Source: Acidimicrobiia bacterium (GTDB taxonomy: Bacteria > Actinomycetota > Acidimicrobiia > Spongiisociales > Spongiisociaceae). From it: a stretch of DNA of 55,426 bases. The stretch spans positions 1 to 55,426 of the forward strand of contig VXRE01000016.1 in assembly GCA_009838635.1 (NCBI GenBank), written 5' to 3'. The notes under the pieces were generated by a model. The model was not told where the DNA came from and did no database searches. It saw only the letters and a program-made list of their open reading frames with translations. Each line of letters begins with the position of its first letter. Position 1 is the stretch's first letter. Both the position numbers and the translations under genes were made by a program. Shown here one piece after another: positions 17,262 to 25,927 of this stretch.

Positions 17262-18947
17262 TTAGGTCCGGTAGAGGCGGTGGTAGGCGGCGAACATGGC
17301 TTCGGGGTCGGTCTTCGCAACCAGCACGCTGACGCCGGGTCGCGACCTTGCCCTTCGCAGGGCTTCCACCATGTCGGTGGGCTCGATACCTTCGGCCATC
17401 ACGCCGAAGCCGCCGGCCACGGCCACCAGGTCGTGGTCATGGGGGGTGACGAAGAGTTCCCGCGCCTGCGCGTAGGCGCCCTCTCCGCCGGACTCCCGGA
17501 GGGATCGGAGGTAGGGAAGCATCTCGAATATGGCGCCTCCCCCGTTGTCGAGCACGACTATCGACAGGTCCACGCCCAGCGCTCGGGCTGTGGACAGCGA
17601 TCCGGCATCGTGGAGGAAGGTGAGATCCCCCACCAGAGCGGTGACCCGCTGTCCGAGTCCCAGGGCCGCGCCGGCTGCCGACGCCAGCGCACCGTCGATC
17701 CCGCAAGCACCCCGGTTGCCGAACACGGCCGCGCCGCAGCCCGGCTCCAGCATCGCGTTCACATGGCGCACCGGCATGCTCGAACCCGCCCAGACCAGGG
17801 CCTCGTTGTCGAGCACGTCCGCTGTCAGGGCCAGCTCGGTGTCGGGGTGGTGGGTGCGCTCGTAGCACCGCCGCTCGAGGACCCCGAGCTCTGCGGATCG
17901 CCAGGCACGGGTCCAGGCGCCGTCCAGCGGTGAGGGCGACACCCGCTCCAGGAGCGGTGCGATCGGATCGCGCAGGATGGCTTCCGGACCGGCTGCCATC
18001 CACCGGAAGTCCGGATCCAGGACGACCTCGGGTGCTCGGAGCCCTTCCAGCCAGTTCTGGGTGATCGTGCCCGTGGGCATGCCGCCGATTCGGATTACCG
18101 CGTCAGGGGTCTGCAGGGCTGAGAAGCTCCGGTCCCCGACCAGCACGTCACCGGTGGTCACCAGGTTCTCACCGCCGCGGCTTCGCAGTCCCGACATCCC
18201 GTCGGCGAGGATCGGCCATCCGGACCGCGCCGCCAACCGGAGTACGGCGTCCCCCTCGGCCTGGTCGGTCCGTCTGGGGCCCGCCACGATCACGCCCTCA
18301 GCGGCCCGGTCCATGAACCCCTGCAGCGTCTCCACGGACGGCCCGAGCACCCCCTCGTCCTGGGATTCGGGGAGCGACATCTCGAACGATTGTCCGGTGT
18401 CGCGCCGCTCCGGGGGCTCCAGCGGCTTGTCGAAGGGGACGTTCAGATGAACCGGACCGGCGTTGGGCGGGTAGGCGGCCCCCAGTACGCGCAACACCTC
18501 ACCGGCCACCCACTCGGGATCGCATTCGTGCGCCACCGCAAGGTTTGCGGAGGCGCGCACCGCCGAGCCGTAGAGCCCGATCTGGTTGATGGTCTGGGGA
18601 GCGTCCCGATCCAGGAAACCGGGCGGGCGGTCGGCGGTGACGACCACCAGCGGCACCCGACCCCGATCGGCTTCCACCATGGCCGGCAGGTAGTTGGCAG
18701 CCGCCGAGCCGGAGGTGCAGACCAAGGCGGCCGGCCTCCCGGTGGTTCTGGCCGATCCCAGGGCCGTGAAACCGGCGGAGCGCTCATCGAGCACCACGTC
18801 GGTGGGCGGGCCACTGTCGCTCACCGCCAAGACCAGCGGCGTGGAACGGGAGCCCGGAGAGATGATCACCCGGGCCACGCCCCCCTCGGCGAGGGCGGCA
18901 GCGATGGTGTCGGCGGTGGCGTAGGCTCGCCGCCGGTGATCGGTCAT
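17262..18947 (-). CDS. menD: 2-succinyl-5-enolpyruvyl-6-hydroxy-3-cyclohexene-1-carboxylate synthase
   Basis: MTDHRRRAYATADTIAAAL..ISPGSRSTPL..DERSAGFTALG matches the ThDP-enzyme pattern of MenD. The ATG at 18947 forms an ATGA overlap with the menF stop. The longer 901-aa track ORF is read-through. Confidence 0.9.
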   Translation of the reverse strand: MTDHRRRAYATADTIAAALAEGGVARVIISPGSRSTPLVLAVSDSGPPTDVVLDERSAGFTALGSARTTGRPAALVCTSGSAAANYLPAMVEADRGRVPLVVVTADRPPGFLDRDAPQTINQIGLYGSAVRASANLAVAHECDPEWVAGEVLRVLGAAYPPNAGPVHLNVPFDKPLEPPERRDTGQSFEMSLPESQDEGVLGPSVETLQGFMDRAAEGVIVAGPRRTDQAEGDAVLRLAARSGWPILADGMSGLRSRGGENLVTTGDVLVGDRSFSALQTPDAVIRIGGMPTGTITQNWLEGLRAPEVVLDPDFRWMAAGPEAILRDPIAPLLERVSPSPLDGAWTRAWRSAELGVLERRCYERTHHPDTELALTADVLDNEALVWAGSSMPVRHVNAMLEPGCGAAVFGNRGACGIDGALASAAGAALGLGQRVTALVGDLTFLHDAGSLSTARALGVDLSIVVLDNGGGAIFEMLPYLRSLRESGGEGAYAQARELFVTPHDHDLVAVAGGFGVMAEGIEPTDMVEALRRARSRPGVSVLVAKTDPEAMFAAYHRLYRT

Positions 18948-20320
18948 ACCGGAGCGAGAGACGGGAGGAGCGCTCCCAGCTTCAGATCGGTCTCCAGGAG
19001 TTCCTTCTCCGGTTGCGATGCCGAGACGATACCTGCGCCCGCGAAGAGGCTGGTCCGGTTGCCCTCGATCAGGCAGGACCGCAGGGCGGTATGGAACTCG
19101 CCGTTCCCGGACAGGTCGCAATAGCCCACCGGCCCGGCATACCAACCCCGGTCGAAGGGCTCGTGGGCCGTGATCCAGTTCGTGGCCCGGTCCCGAGGCA
19201 GGCCTCCCACCGCCGGGGTGGGATGGAGGGATCCCACCACGTCGAGCACGCCGGTTCCGACCGGCGCCACCGCGCTGATCGGCGTGGCTAGATGGAGGAT
19301 GCCCGGCAACTCGAGAACTCCGGTCCGTTCCGGGGGATCCAGCGCGAAGCCCCGGTCCGACAGCCGGCGCATGAGCTCGGAGCGGACGTGGGCGTGCTCC
19401 TCGAGTTCCTTCGAATCGCTCAGGAGAAGGCGCGCCAGGCGCCTGTCCTCCGACCCGGACGACCCCCTCGGCGCGGTTCCGGCCAGGGCGAGCGTCCTGA
19501 CCGTCAACCCTTCGACCCGGGCCAGCAACTCGGGAGTGGCGCCGCAGAACACGGCGCCTCCGGGTCGGGCAAAGGCGAAGATGACACAACCGCCGTGGAT
19601 CCGGCGCAGAGCGGCCAGGAAAGGCCCGAGGTCCGGCCGGTGATCGACATCCAGCCTGCGGGCCAGGGTCACCTTCTTCAGGTCTCCGTTCCGGATCAAC
19701 CGGATCGCATCCCCTGCGCCGGACAGGTAGACCGGATCGCTCAGGTCGATGCTGTCGGCCCGCCGGGCGTCCGTCACCCCGGGGGCGACCTGCCCCGGCA
19801 CCATCCGGCGCGCGGACCGGATCCGCCCCATCAACGCGCTCGCGACCGCGGCGGGATCGGCGCCGGCGAGAACCTCGGTTGCCGCCATCCACACCCGGTT
19901 GCCGGGGTCCCGCCGGATGTAGGCCAGCTCGGGAACCACGAGCCGCCCGGCCGGGAATCCCGGCCAAGCGCCGCCCGGGGCGAACGAGAAGCCCCCGATC
20001 AGGAGCGGGGCCCGTTCCGCCCCGTCGAGCGCCGCCTGGTGGGTTCTGCTCGCGAGGTCGCGCACGGCGGCCGAGGCGGTCCCGAACCGTGCGGCGTCCG
20101 CCGGGGACCGGATGGTGTGCGCCTCGCCGGAGGCCGCCATGGCGAAGTCCCGGTCCGGCGATTCCCAGTAGGCGAAGGGCGGACCTGTCGCCAAGGCGAT
20201 GGCGAGCGCATCGCTCTCCTGCGCGGGCGCGGCCAGCGTAACTATCGAGGGACGCCCCGAGACGGCGGCGCGGGCAGCGGCGCGGGCGACCCGTTGCTCC
20301 AGCCGCCTGCGCTCGGTCAT
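18944..20320 (-). CDS. menF: isochorismate synthase
   Basis: Chorismate-binding C-terminal pattern (FCGATPELL..., GTAPRG, HPTPAVGG, GWYAGPVG). The ATG at 20320 forms an ATGA overlap with the MerR stop. Confidence 0.85.
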   Translation of the reverse strand: MTERRRLEQRVARAAARAAVSGRPSIVTLAAPAQESDALAIALATGPPFAYWESPDRDFAMAASGEAHTIRSPADAARFGTASAAVRDLASRTHQAALDGAERAPLLIGGFSFAPGGAWPGFPAGRLVVPELAYIRRDPGNRVWMAATEVLAGADPAAVASALMGRIRSARRMVPGQVAPGVTDARRADSIDLSDPVYLSGAGDAIRLIRNGDLKKVTLARRLDVDHRPDLGPFLAALRRIHGGCVIFAFARPGGAVFCGATPELLARVEGLTVRTLALAGTAPRGSSGSEDRRLARLLLSDSKELEEHAHVRSELMRRLSDRGFALDPPERTGVLELPGILHLATPISAVAPVGTGVLDVVGSLHPTPAVGGLPRDRATNWITAHEPFDRGWYAGPVGYCDLSGNGEFHTALRSCLIEGNRTSLFAGAGIVSASQPEKELLETDLKLGALLPSLAPV

Positions 20321-21066
20321 CGCCACTCGGTGTGGATCACCATCTGACGTTCCTCGATGTCCTCCAGGGCCTTGACCAGGGCTGCGTCTCTCGAGTCGTC
20401 CAGCCGTTCCTTCACCCGGGTGATCACGGTGTGGTGAAAATGCTGCGCGACCAGACGGGTGACGTGTACCACGAGAGTCCGGAACAGCTCGGCCAGCTCG
20501 ACGGGCCGGTCGGGCTGGTTGTCGCGGATGTGTTCATTGAACAGGTCGATGGCCGCGTCCACCACGCTCTCCACGGATGTGGCGTGCCGGGCCGCCAGGG
20601 CCGCCAGCTTGTCGAGGGGGAACCCCGCCTCCAGCAGCGACATGCCGGCAGCCAGCATCGGCGCCACATCGGGAGCGAATCGCTCCTCCTCGCCGTTGCC
20701 GAGCGGCTGGATGAGGCCGGCAGACACCGCGATGTCCACCAGATGGGGTGGTAGCCCGGAGCGCTCGGCAAGCTCGGCCCGCCCCAGGCCGACAGTGGCC
20801 CCGGCCAGCGACTCCAGCAGCGGATGCCCCGATTCGTCCAGCAGGCGCTTGATCTGAGCCAGGGTGAAGCCGTCGTCGGCGAGGGCCCGGATGGTCCGCA
20901 ACCGGGTCAGGTGGGCGCTCCGGTACACCACCGAGCGGCCATCCCGGTCGGTGGGGGGTAGGAGGCCCATCCCCTGGTAGTAGCGGATGGTGTCGACCCC
21001 GACCCCGGCCTCGGCGGCCAGGTGCTCCACCCGATATGCCGTAGCGTCGCCAGCCATAGCACCCAC
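20317..21066 (-). CDS. MerR family transcriptional regulator with ~170-aa C-terminal domain of unknown function
   Basis: N-terminal MerR HTH reads YRVEHLAAEAGVGVDTIRYYQGMGLLPP...LTRLRTIRALADDGFTLAQIKRLL. An alternative start is at 21057. Confidence 0.85.
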   Translation of the reverse strand: MGAMAGDATAYRVEHLAAEAGVGVDTIRYYQGMGLLPPTDRDGRSVVYRSAHLTRLRTIRALADDGFTLAQIKRLLDESGHPLLESLAGATVGLGRAELAERSGLPPHLVDIAVSAGLIQPLGNGEEERFAPDVAPMLAAGMSLLEAGFPLDKLAALAARHATSVESVVDAAIDLFNEHIRDNQPDRPVELAELFRTLVVHVTRLVAQHFHHTVITRVKERLDDSRDAALVKALEDIEERQMVIHTEWR

Positions 21067-21104
21067 TCTAGGAGTGATCGCTCACATCTCTCGCTCCGAG
21101 ACGG

Positions 21105-22910
21105 TCAGTCGCGTATTCCCAGCGACTCCTCGGCCTCGTCGAGCCGCTGGCCACCCAGGAGAACGGCCGCGAACAGGTCTCCGTAGCGGGAGACCCGGTC
21201 CCAGATCGTGGCGATGGTGAAGCTCGTGGGATCGATGGACTCCAACTCGTCCCACCGGAGCGGTGTGGAGACCGGCGCTCCGGGGCGGGGCCGAGTCGAG
21301 TAGGCGGCCGCGATGGTGGCGCCGGCCCGGTTCTGCCCGGAGTCGACATACACCTTGCCGGCACGGTTGGGGATGTGGCGATCCATGGTCACGTTCTCGG
21401 GGTTGGCGGTGGCCAGCAGGTGGCCGAGCCGCTGCACGAACGTCCGGACCCGGACGTAGTCGTGGACCGGGTCGAGGGGTACGTAGACGTGGATGCCCCT
21501 CGATCCGGAGGTCTTCGGATATCCCTTCAGCCTCAGGTGGGCGAGGGCTTCCCGGAGGAGGCCGGCCACGGCCACAACCTGGTCCCAGCTGGAGCCTGAC
21601 GCGGGGTCGAGGTCGAACACCGCGAAGTCCGGGGCATGGAGTGACGGGACCCTCGAGAGCCAGGGATGGATCTCGATGCAACCCATGTTGGCCAGCCACA
21701 TGAGGGACTCGGGCCGGTCGGCGGTCACGTAGTCGATCACCGCACCCCGATGGGCCGAGTCGATCGGGACCAGCGGCATCCAGGCCGGCTGGTGGCCGGG
21801 GGCCTGTTTCTCGTAGAAGGAGGCGGCCTCGGCGCCGTCGGGGAATCGGGCCATCACGATCGCCCGGTCCTCCAGGTGGGGAAGCAGGAGCGGCGCGACG
21901 GAGGCGTAGTAGGAGATCAGATCGCCCTTGGTGTAGCCGTCGGGAAAGAACGGCTTGTCGAGGTTGGAGAGCCGCAGGGGGTGGTCGTAGCCGGCCAGGG
22001 CGTAGCCCTGTCTGGTCTCCGAGGCCCTCGGCACGGTCGGGAAGGAGACGCGACCGCTGGCGGCGGGCCGGCCGGGTGTCTCGGGCTTGGTCACGGACGC
22101 CAGCGCGCCCTCGATCTCCGTCCGGATCCTGCGATGGGACGGCTCGTCGCGGGACTCGGAGATGACGGTCATCCGGAATCCGGCCCGGTGCACCGCCTCG
22201 ACCAGCGGCGTGACCCGGAGGTCGCCCTGGCCGTAGGGGAGGTGGCGGATCTCGCCTGTCTCGTCGTACAGGACATCGCTGAACTGGGTGTGGAGCGGAT
22301 CGATCTTCCACCCGGCGAAGTTCTCCCGCAGGAACCCGAGCACCGCCTCGAACGCCTCGACCGACCGGAGGCCTCCGCCGCTGATGGCGTGGACGTGTGC
22401 CCAGTCGATGACCGGCCGCACGAACGGATACTCCGCCGCCAGGAGGGCGATGTCGCCCAGGCTTCCCATATGTGAGGCCCGTCCGGTGGTTTCGAGGCCC
22501 AGACCGACCCCGAGGTCGGAAACCTTGGTCGCCAGATGATCGAGATGGCGCCGGATGGTGTCCATCAGGAAGCCGGGCTCCTCCTTGCGCCGCCCGCCCG
22601 GATGGGCCACCACCACCCGGGCGTCCATCTCGGCGGCCAGCTTCATCGTGTGCTCGATCGCGCCCCGGCACTTGCGGGCCCGGTCCTCTTCGGTGATGGT
22701 GAGAACAGCGAAGTAGGGGGCGTGGATGGAGAGCGGGATCCCCCGCTTGGCAGCCTCCTTCCCGAAGGAGCTGCAGCGCCGCTCGTTCCACGGGAAGGAC
22801 CTCGTGAACGCCAGCTCGAAGGCCTGGTAGCCCTGCTCCAACAGCCCGTCCAGGAACTCCTCATCCGGTGTGGCCGGCGGAGGTATCCCCGAGTATCCGA
22901 ACGTGATCAC
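21105..22910 (-). CDS. fusion protein: xylose-isomerase/Endo-IV-like TIM barrel (N-terminal) + LigD-type primase-polymerase domain (C-terminal)
   Basis: Single 601-codon ORF. The N-terminal ~285 aa carry metal-ligand-like blocks IHAPY, AHPGG, LETTG, DWAHVH, HTQFSD, IRH and ISES. The C-terminal ~270 aa carry LigD PolDom blocks LSNLDKPFFP, FAVFDLDP, KTSGSRGIHVYVPL and KVYVDSGQN. Confidence 0.8.
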   Translation of the reverse strand: MITFGYSGIPPPATPDEEFLDGLLEQGYQAFELAFTRSFPWNERRCSSFGKEAAKRGIPLSIHAPYFAVLTITEEDRARKCRGAIEHTMKLAAEMDARVVVAHPGGRRKEEPGFLMDTIRRHLDHLATKVSDLGVGLGLETTGRASHMGSLGDIALLAAEYPFVRPVIDWAHVHAISGGGLRSVEAFEAVLGFLRENFAGWKIDPLHTQFSDVLYDETGEIRHLPYGQGDLRVTPLVEAVHRAGFRMTVISESRDEPSHRRIRTEIEGALASVTKPETPGRPAASGRVSFPTVPRASETRQGYALAGYDHPLRLSNLDKPFFPDGYTKGDLISYYASVAPLLLPHLEDRAIVMARFPDGAEAASFYEKQAPGHQPAWMPLVPIDSAHRGAVIDYVTADRPESLMWLANMGCIEIHPWLSRVPSLHAPDFAVFDLDPASGSSWDQVVAVAGLLREALAHLRLKGYPKTSGSRGIHVYVPLDPVHDYVRVRTFVQRLGHLLATANPENVTMDRHIPNRAGKVYVDSGQNRAGATIAAAYSTRPRPGAPVSTPLRWDELESIDPTSFTIATIWDRVSRYGDLFAAVLLGGQRLDEAEESLGIRD

Positions 22911-22986
22911 CCGGCCAGCCTATCGCTCCCGCGCGCTCCGGAGGGGAGGCTCATGAAGGGCCCTAGTGGGGGCTACCCTCCCGGTT

Positions 22987-23059
22987 GGGCCTGTAGCTCA
23001 GTAGGCAGAGCAGCGGACTTTTAATCCGAAGGTCGAGGGTTCGACTCCCTCCGGGCCCA
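22987..23059 (+). tRNA. tRNA-Lys (anticodon UUU)
   Basis: 73-nt cloverleaf folded by hand. Acceptor stem GGGCCTG/CGGGCCC, D stem GCTC/GAGC, anticodon loop CTTTTAA, T stem GAGGG/CCCTC, T loop TTCGACT, discriminator A. No encoded CCA. Confidence 0.9.
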
Positions 23060-23356
23060 CGATGTTTCCATCCTGGGGAGCGGTCCCGGGTCTCGAGCAA
23101 CTCCGAGAGAACCAGCAGTCTCGAGGAATGCCGGTTATCACTCGACAACCGGATTGTGCGCGATAGGAGCATCATGACTCCCCGCACTAGCAACAGCATC
23201 CCAGCCCCACACAATTGCGCAGCATCTGAGAACGCACCGTCGGCCGCTCTCGCTGCGGCCTGATCGCCGGACGACCCGACAGGATCCCGAACGCTCATCG
23301 AGTCCGTACCGAGTTGCGACATCTGCTCTCGCGTGCTCTACGGTGGGATTTACAAA

Positions 23357-23368
23357 AGCGATATCGCT
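23357..23368. promoter_or_regulatory. perfect 12-bp palindrome AGCGATATCGCT, candidate (TetR?) operator
   Basis: Lies immediately upstream of the -35 element of the ABC importer promoter. A near copy, AGCGACATCGGT, with similar flanks occurs at 29252-29263 in the TetR/CoA-ligase divergent region. Confidence 0.45.
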
Positions 23369-23371
23369 CTC

Positions 23372-23400
23372 TTGACAGGTCCGCTGAGGCCACCTATCGT
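23372..23400 (+). promoter_or_regulatory. candidate promoter of the ABC importer operon
   Basis: TTGACA (23372-23377), a 17-nt spacer, then TATCGT (23395-23400). RBS AAGGAG at 23447-23452 sits 5 nt before ATG 23458. Confidence 0.45.
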
Positions 23401-23457
23401 CGGATTCCGGTTGGCGCCGTAGGTCTCCGCCGGGTCTTGTCAGTCCAAGGAGTGACC

Positions 23458-24846
23458 ATGTACATGATCCGACCCGATAAGGGAGCGAAGGTTCGCGGAT
23501 TGCGCTTGTTGCCCGCGCTAGTCACGATTGTGAGCCTCGTAGCGGCCGCATGCGGCGATGGCTCGTCAGGTGATTCTGCTCCAGAAACCGCGCCCACGAC
23601 CGCGGCTACGACGGCGGCTACGACCGCGGCTACGACGGCGGCTACAACTGCGGCTACGACCGCGGCCGTGACTCAGGCCGTGGAGGCCGGCGTGGACGAT
23701 CGCAATTGCGTCGATGAGGTGGTCATCGGCACCGTGTGGCCCATGTCAGGGACGTTCAGCTTCGTCGGAGACGCCGAGATTGCCGGGGCGACCAAGGCGG
23801 TGGAGGACATCAACGCGGCGGGCGGAATCGAGTCGCTGTGCGGGGCCTCGTTGCGGCTGGCGATTTACGACGCGGGCGGCTCCGCCGAGGAGGCGGCCAC
23901 CGCTGTTGAGCGACTCCTGGACGACGAACCCGGCGTGTCGGCCATCGCCGGTTCCTGGCTGTCATCGTTCAGCCTGGCCGCGACCGAGGTGAGCGAGCGA
24001 GCGGGGATCCCGTTCGTCACCGAGAGCTTCGCCGACTCCGTAACCGACCGTGAGGGCTTCCGCCATGTGTTCGGCTACTCGCCTCCGGCGTCGGCCATCA
24101 AGGGCCTGATACTCGAGGCCATCCAGCCCGGCCTGGACCAGGCGGGGATCACGATGGAGACCGTGGCGGTGGTGGGCTCCACATCGGCTGCAGCCGTGCC
24201 GCTGCAGGAAGCACTGCTGGCCGAGTTCAGCGAGCGAGGGATCGAGGTCGCAGTTACTGACACCTGGGCGCCGGGTGGCCTTGACGACCCCTCGGGCGTG
24301 GCAACCAAGATCGCCAACGCCGACGTCGACGTCATCTTCAACATCGCATTCGCATTCAGCGATGTGAGCGGACTCCAGAACGAGTTGATCGCCCGCGGCG
24401 TCACTGCACCGGTCGTCCAGAACGGCGGACAGGGGCTACTGCCTGCATGGGCAGACCTCGGTCCGGAGGTGGCCGGGCTGTCCACGTTCGTGTATGCCAA
24501 TCCCCTCGCCGGTAGTGACGCGTTCCCCGAGCTGGCAGCCGCGATCGACCAGCCCTACGCCCGCCAGGACCACATCGGCGGCTACTTCGTGATACAGCTC
24601 ATCGCGGCTGTGCTCGAGCAGGCCGGCGATCCATCCCCGGCCGCGGTTACCGAGGCGTTCAGCTCCATCAGGCTGACCGAGGGCGTCGCTGTCGACCTCA
24701 TGCCGACGTCGGAGATCAGCTTCAGCGAAACCGGTCGCATCGACCAGCACTTCGGCGTCCTGGCACAATGGCAGGAGGTTGACGGGAGGCTGATCCCGTG
24801 CACCGTCTATCCGGTCGAGTTCGCGGTTTGCCAACCGGTTTGGTAG
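23458..24846 (+). CDS. ABC transporter substrate-binding lipoprotein, Leu/Ile/Val-binding (LivJ/AmiC) family
   Basis: Signal peptide with lipobox (LVAAAC), followed by a Thr/Ala linker. The periplasmic-binding type I pattern and operon context with LivHMGF-type components support the call. The start is set at the RBS-preceded ATG 23458. Confidence 0.8.
   Translation: MYMIRPDKGAKVRGLRLLPALVTIVSLVAAACGDGSSGDSAPETAPTTAATTAATTAATTAATTAATTAAVTQAVEAGVDDRNCVDEVVIGTVWPMSGTFSFVGDAEIAGATKAVEDINAAGGIESLCGASLRLAIYDAGGSAEEAATAVERLLDDEPGVSAIAGSWLSSFSLAATEVSERAGIPFVTESFADSVTDREGFRHVFGYSPPASAIKGLILEAIQPGLDQAGITMETVAVVGSTSAAAVPLQEALLAEFSERGIEVAVTDTWAPGGLDDPSGVATKIANADVDVIFNIAFAFSDVSGLQNELIARGVTAPVVQNGGQGLLPAWADLGPEVAGLSTFVYANPLAGSDAFPELAAAIDQPYARQDHIGGYFVIQLIAAVLEQAGDPSPAAVTEAFSSIRLTEGVAVDLMPTSEISFSETGRIDQHFGVLAQWQEVDGRLIPCTVYPVEFAVCQPVW
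23596..23667 (+). repeat. 12-bp tandem repeat x6 inside the SBP linker, encoding (TTAA)n
   Basis: ACGACCGCGGCT / ACGACGGCGGCT units alternate for six copies. They encode TTAATTAATTAATTAATTAATTAA just after the lipobox. Confidence 0.9.
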
Positions 24847-25030
24847 TGACTGAGGGTCTGTCCCCATCGGCTCGGCGGTGCGCTCCCTCGGTGCCCGCGC
24901 CCCGACGTCGTCCTCACCGGGACCGGACGCGGGCTCTGGCAGCGGGAAGAAGCCTCAGCAGTTAGCGACGACAAACCGAGCGGGGGCGGTGAGAACTTGA
25001 GGCGTCGGCACCGAGAGCGACCTGCGCAGG

Positions 25031-25927
25031 GTGCCTGCTGAGGCGATGGTCGAGTTTCTGCAGTTCCTTGTTCCCGGGATCCTGATCGGCGGCGTCTACG
25101 CCCTGCTGGCGTCTGGCCTCGGGCTGATCTTCGGCGTGATGCGCGTGGTGAACTTCGCGCAGGCCGACTTCATGATGCTCGCCATGTACCTCTCATGGGC
25201 GCTGTTCGCGGGCGGTGTCGGCTTGGACCCGTTCCTGGCGGTGCCCGCCGTCTTCTTCGTGTTCCTGCTGTTGGGGATGGCGGTCCACTGGCTCTTCATC
25301 CGCTTTGTGATCGGCCGGCGTGAGAATCACGATGCTCAAGTGATACTCACCATCGGACTGGGCCTGATCTTCCAGAATCTCATCCTGATCAGGTACTCGT
25401 CGGAGCCGCGGGTGGTCGCGCCGTCCTACGCCAATGCGGGCGACTTCATCGGTGACATATTCATCAGCCGAGTACGTCTCTACGCCTTCCTCCTCTCGGT
25501 GCTGGTGGCGGCGCTCGTCTTCCTGTTCCTCAACCGGTCCGCCACCGGGCGGGCCATTCGGGCCGCGTCGGAGAATTGGGAGGCAGCGACATACATGGGC
25601 GTCGACATCGATCGCACGAACCGTATCGCCTTCGGGGTTGGCGTGGCGCTCACCGCGGTGGGCGGTTCGGCCCTTGTGACGTTCCAGAGCATCACGCCGT
25701 TCGTGGGGCTCCGGTTCGTGGTCGTCATGTTCGCAGCGGTGGTGCTCGGCGGCCTCGGCAGTGTCAGAGGTGCCTTTGTGGGGGGCGTGCTCATCGGGGT
25801 CATCCAGTCCGTGTCGCAGGTGTGGACTTCGGCTGCGGTGAAGAACGTCTGGGTCTTCGCCTTGTTTCTGCTCATTCTCTACGTGCGGCCCAACGGCCTG
25901 TTCGGTAAGGCCCAGCGCGCCATCTGA
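25031..25927 (+). CDS. branched-chain amino acid-type ABC transporter permease (LivH-like)
   Basis: About 8 hydrophobic segments with the typical LivH pattern (GVMRVVNFAQADFMML). An alternative start is ATG 25046. Confidence 0.85.
   Translation: MPAEAMVEFLQFLVPGILIGGVYALLASGLGLIFGVMRVVNFAQADFMMLAMYLSWALFAGGVGLDPFLAVPAVFFVFLLLGMAVHWLFIRFVIGRRENHDAQVILTIGLGLIFQNLILIRYSSEPRVVAPSYANAGDFIGDIFISRVRLYAFLLSVLVAALVFLFLNRSATGRAIRAASENWEAATYMGVDIDRTNRIAFGVGVALTAVGGSALVTFQSITPFVGLRFVVVMFAAVVLGGLGSVRGAFVGGVLIGVIQSVSQVWTSAAVKNVWVFALFLLILYVRPNGLFGKAQRAI

Noticed and set aside
18948-19967. N-terminal 340-aa extension of the 901-aa ORF 17262..19967, which would be a giant MenD.
   Set aside because: The extension runs out of frame across menF and is Arg/Pro/Gly-rich. 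MenD homology begins at MTDHRRRAY, and the ATG at 18947 forms an ATGA overlap with the menF stop.
22963-23322. 119-aa minus-strand ORF spanning the tRNA-Lys gene.
   Set aside because: It overlaps a well-folded tRNA and a low-GC non-coding stretch, and has no motif. It was considered as an integrase or excisionase remnant, but nothing supports that.
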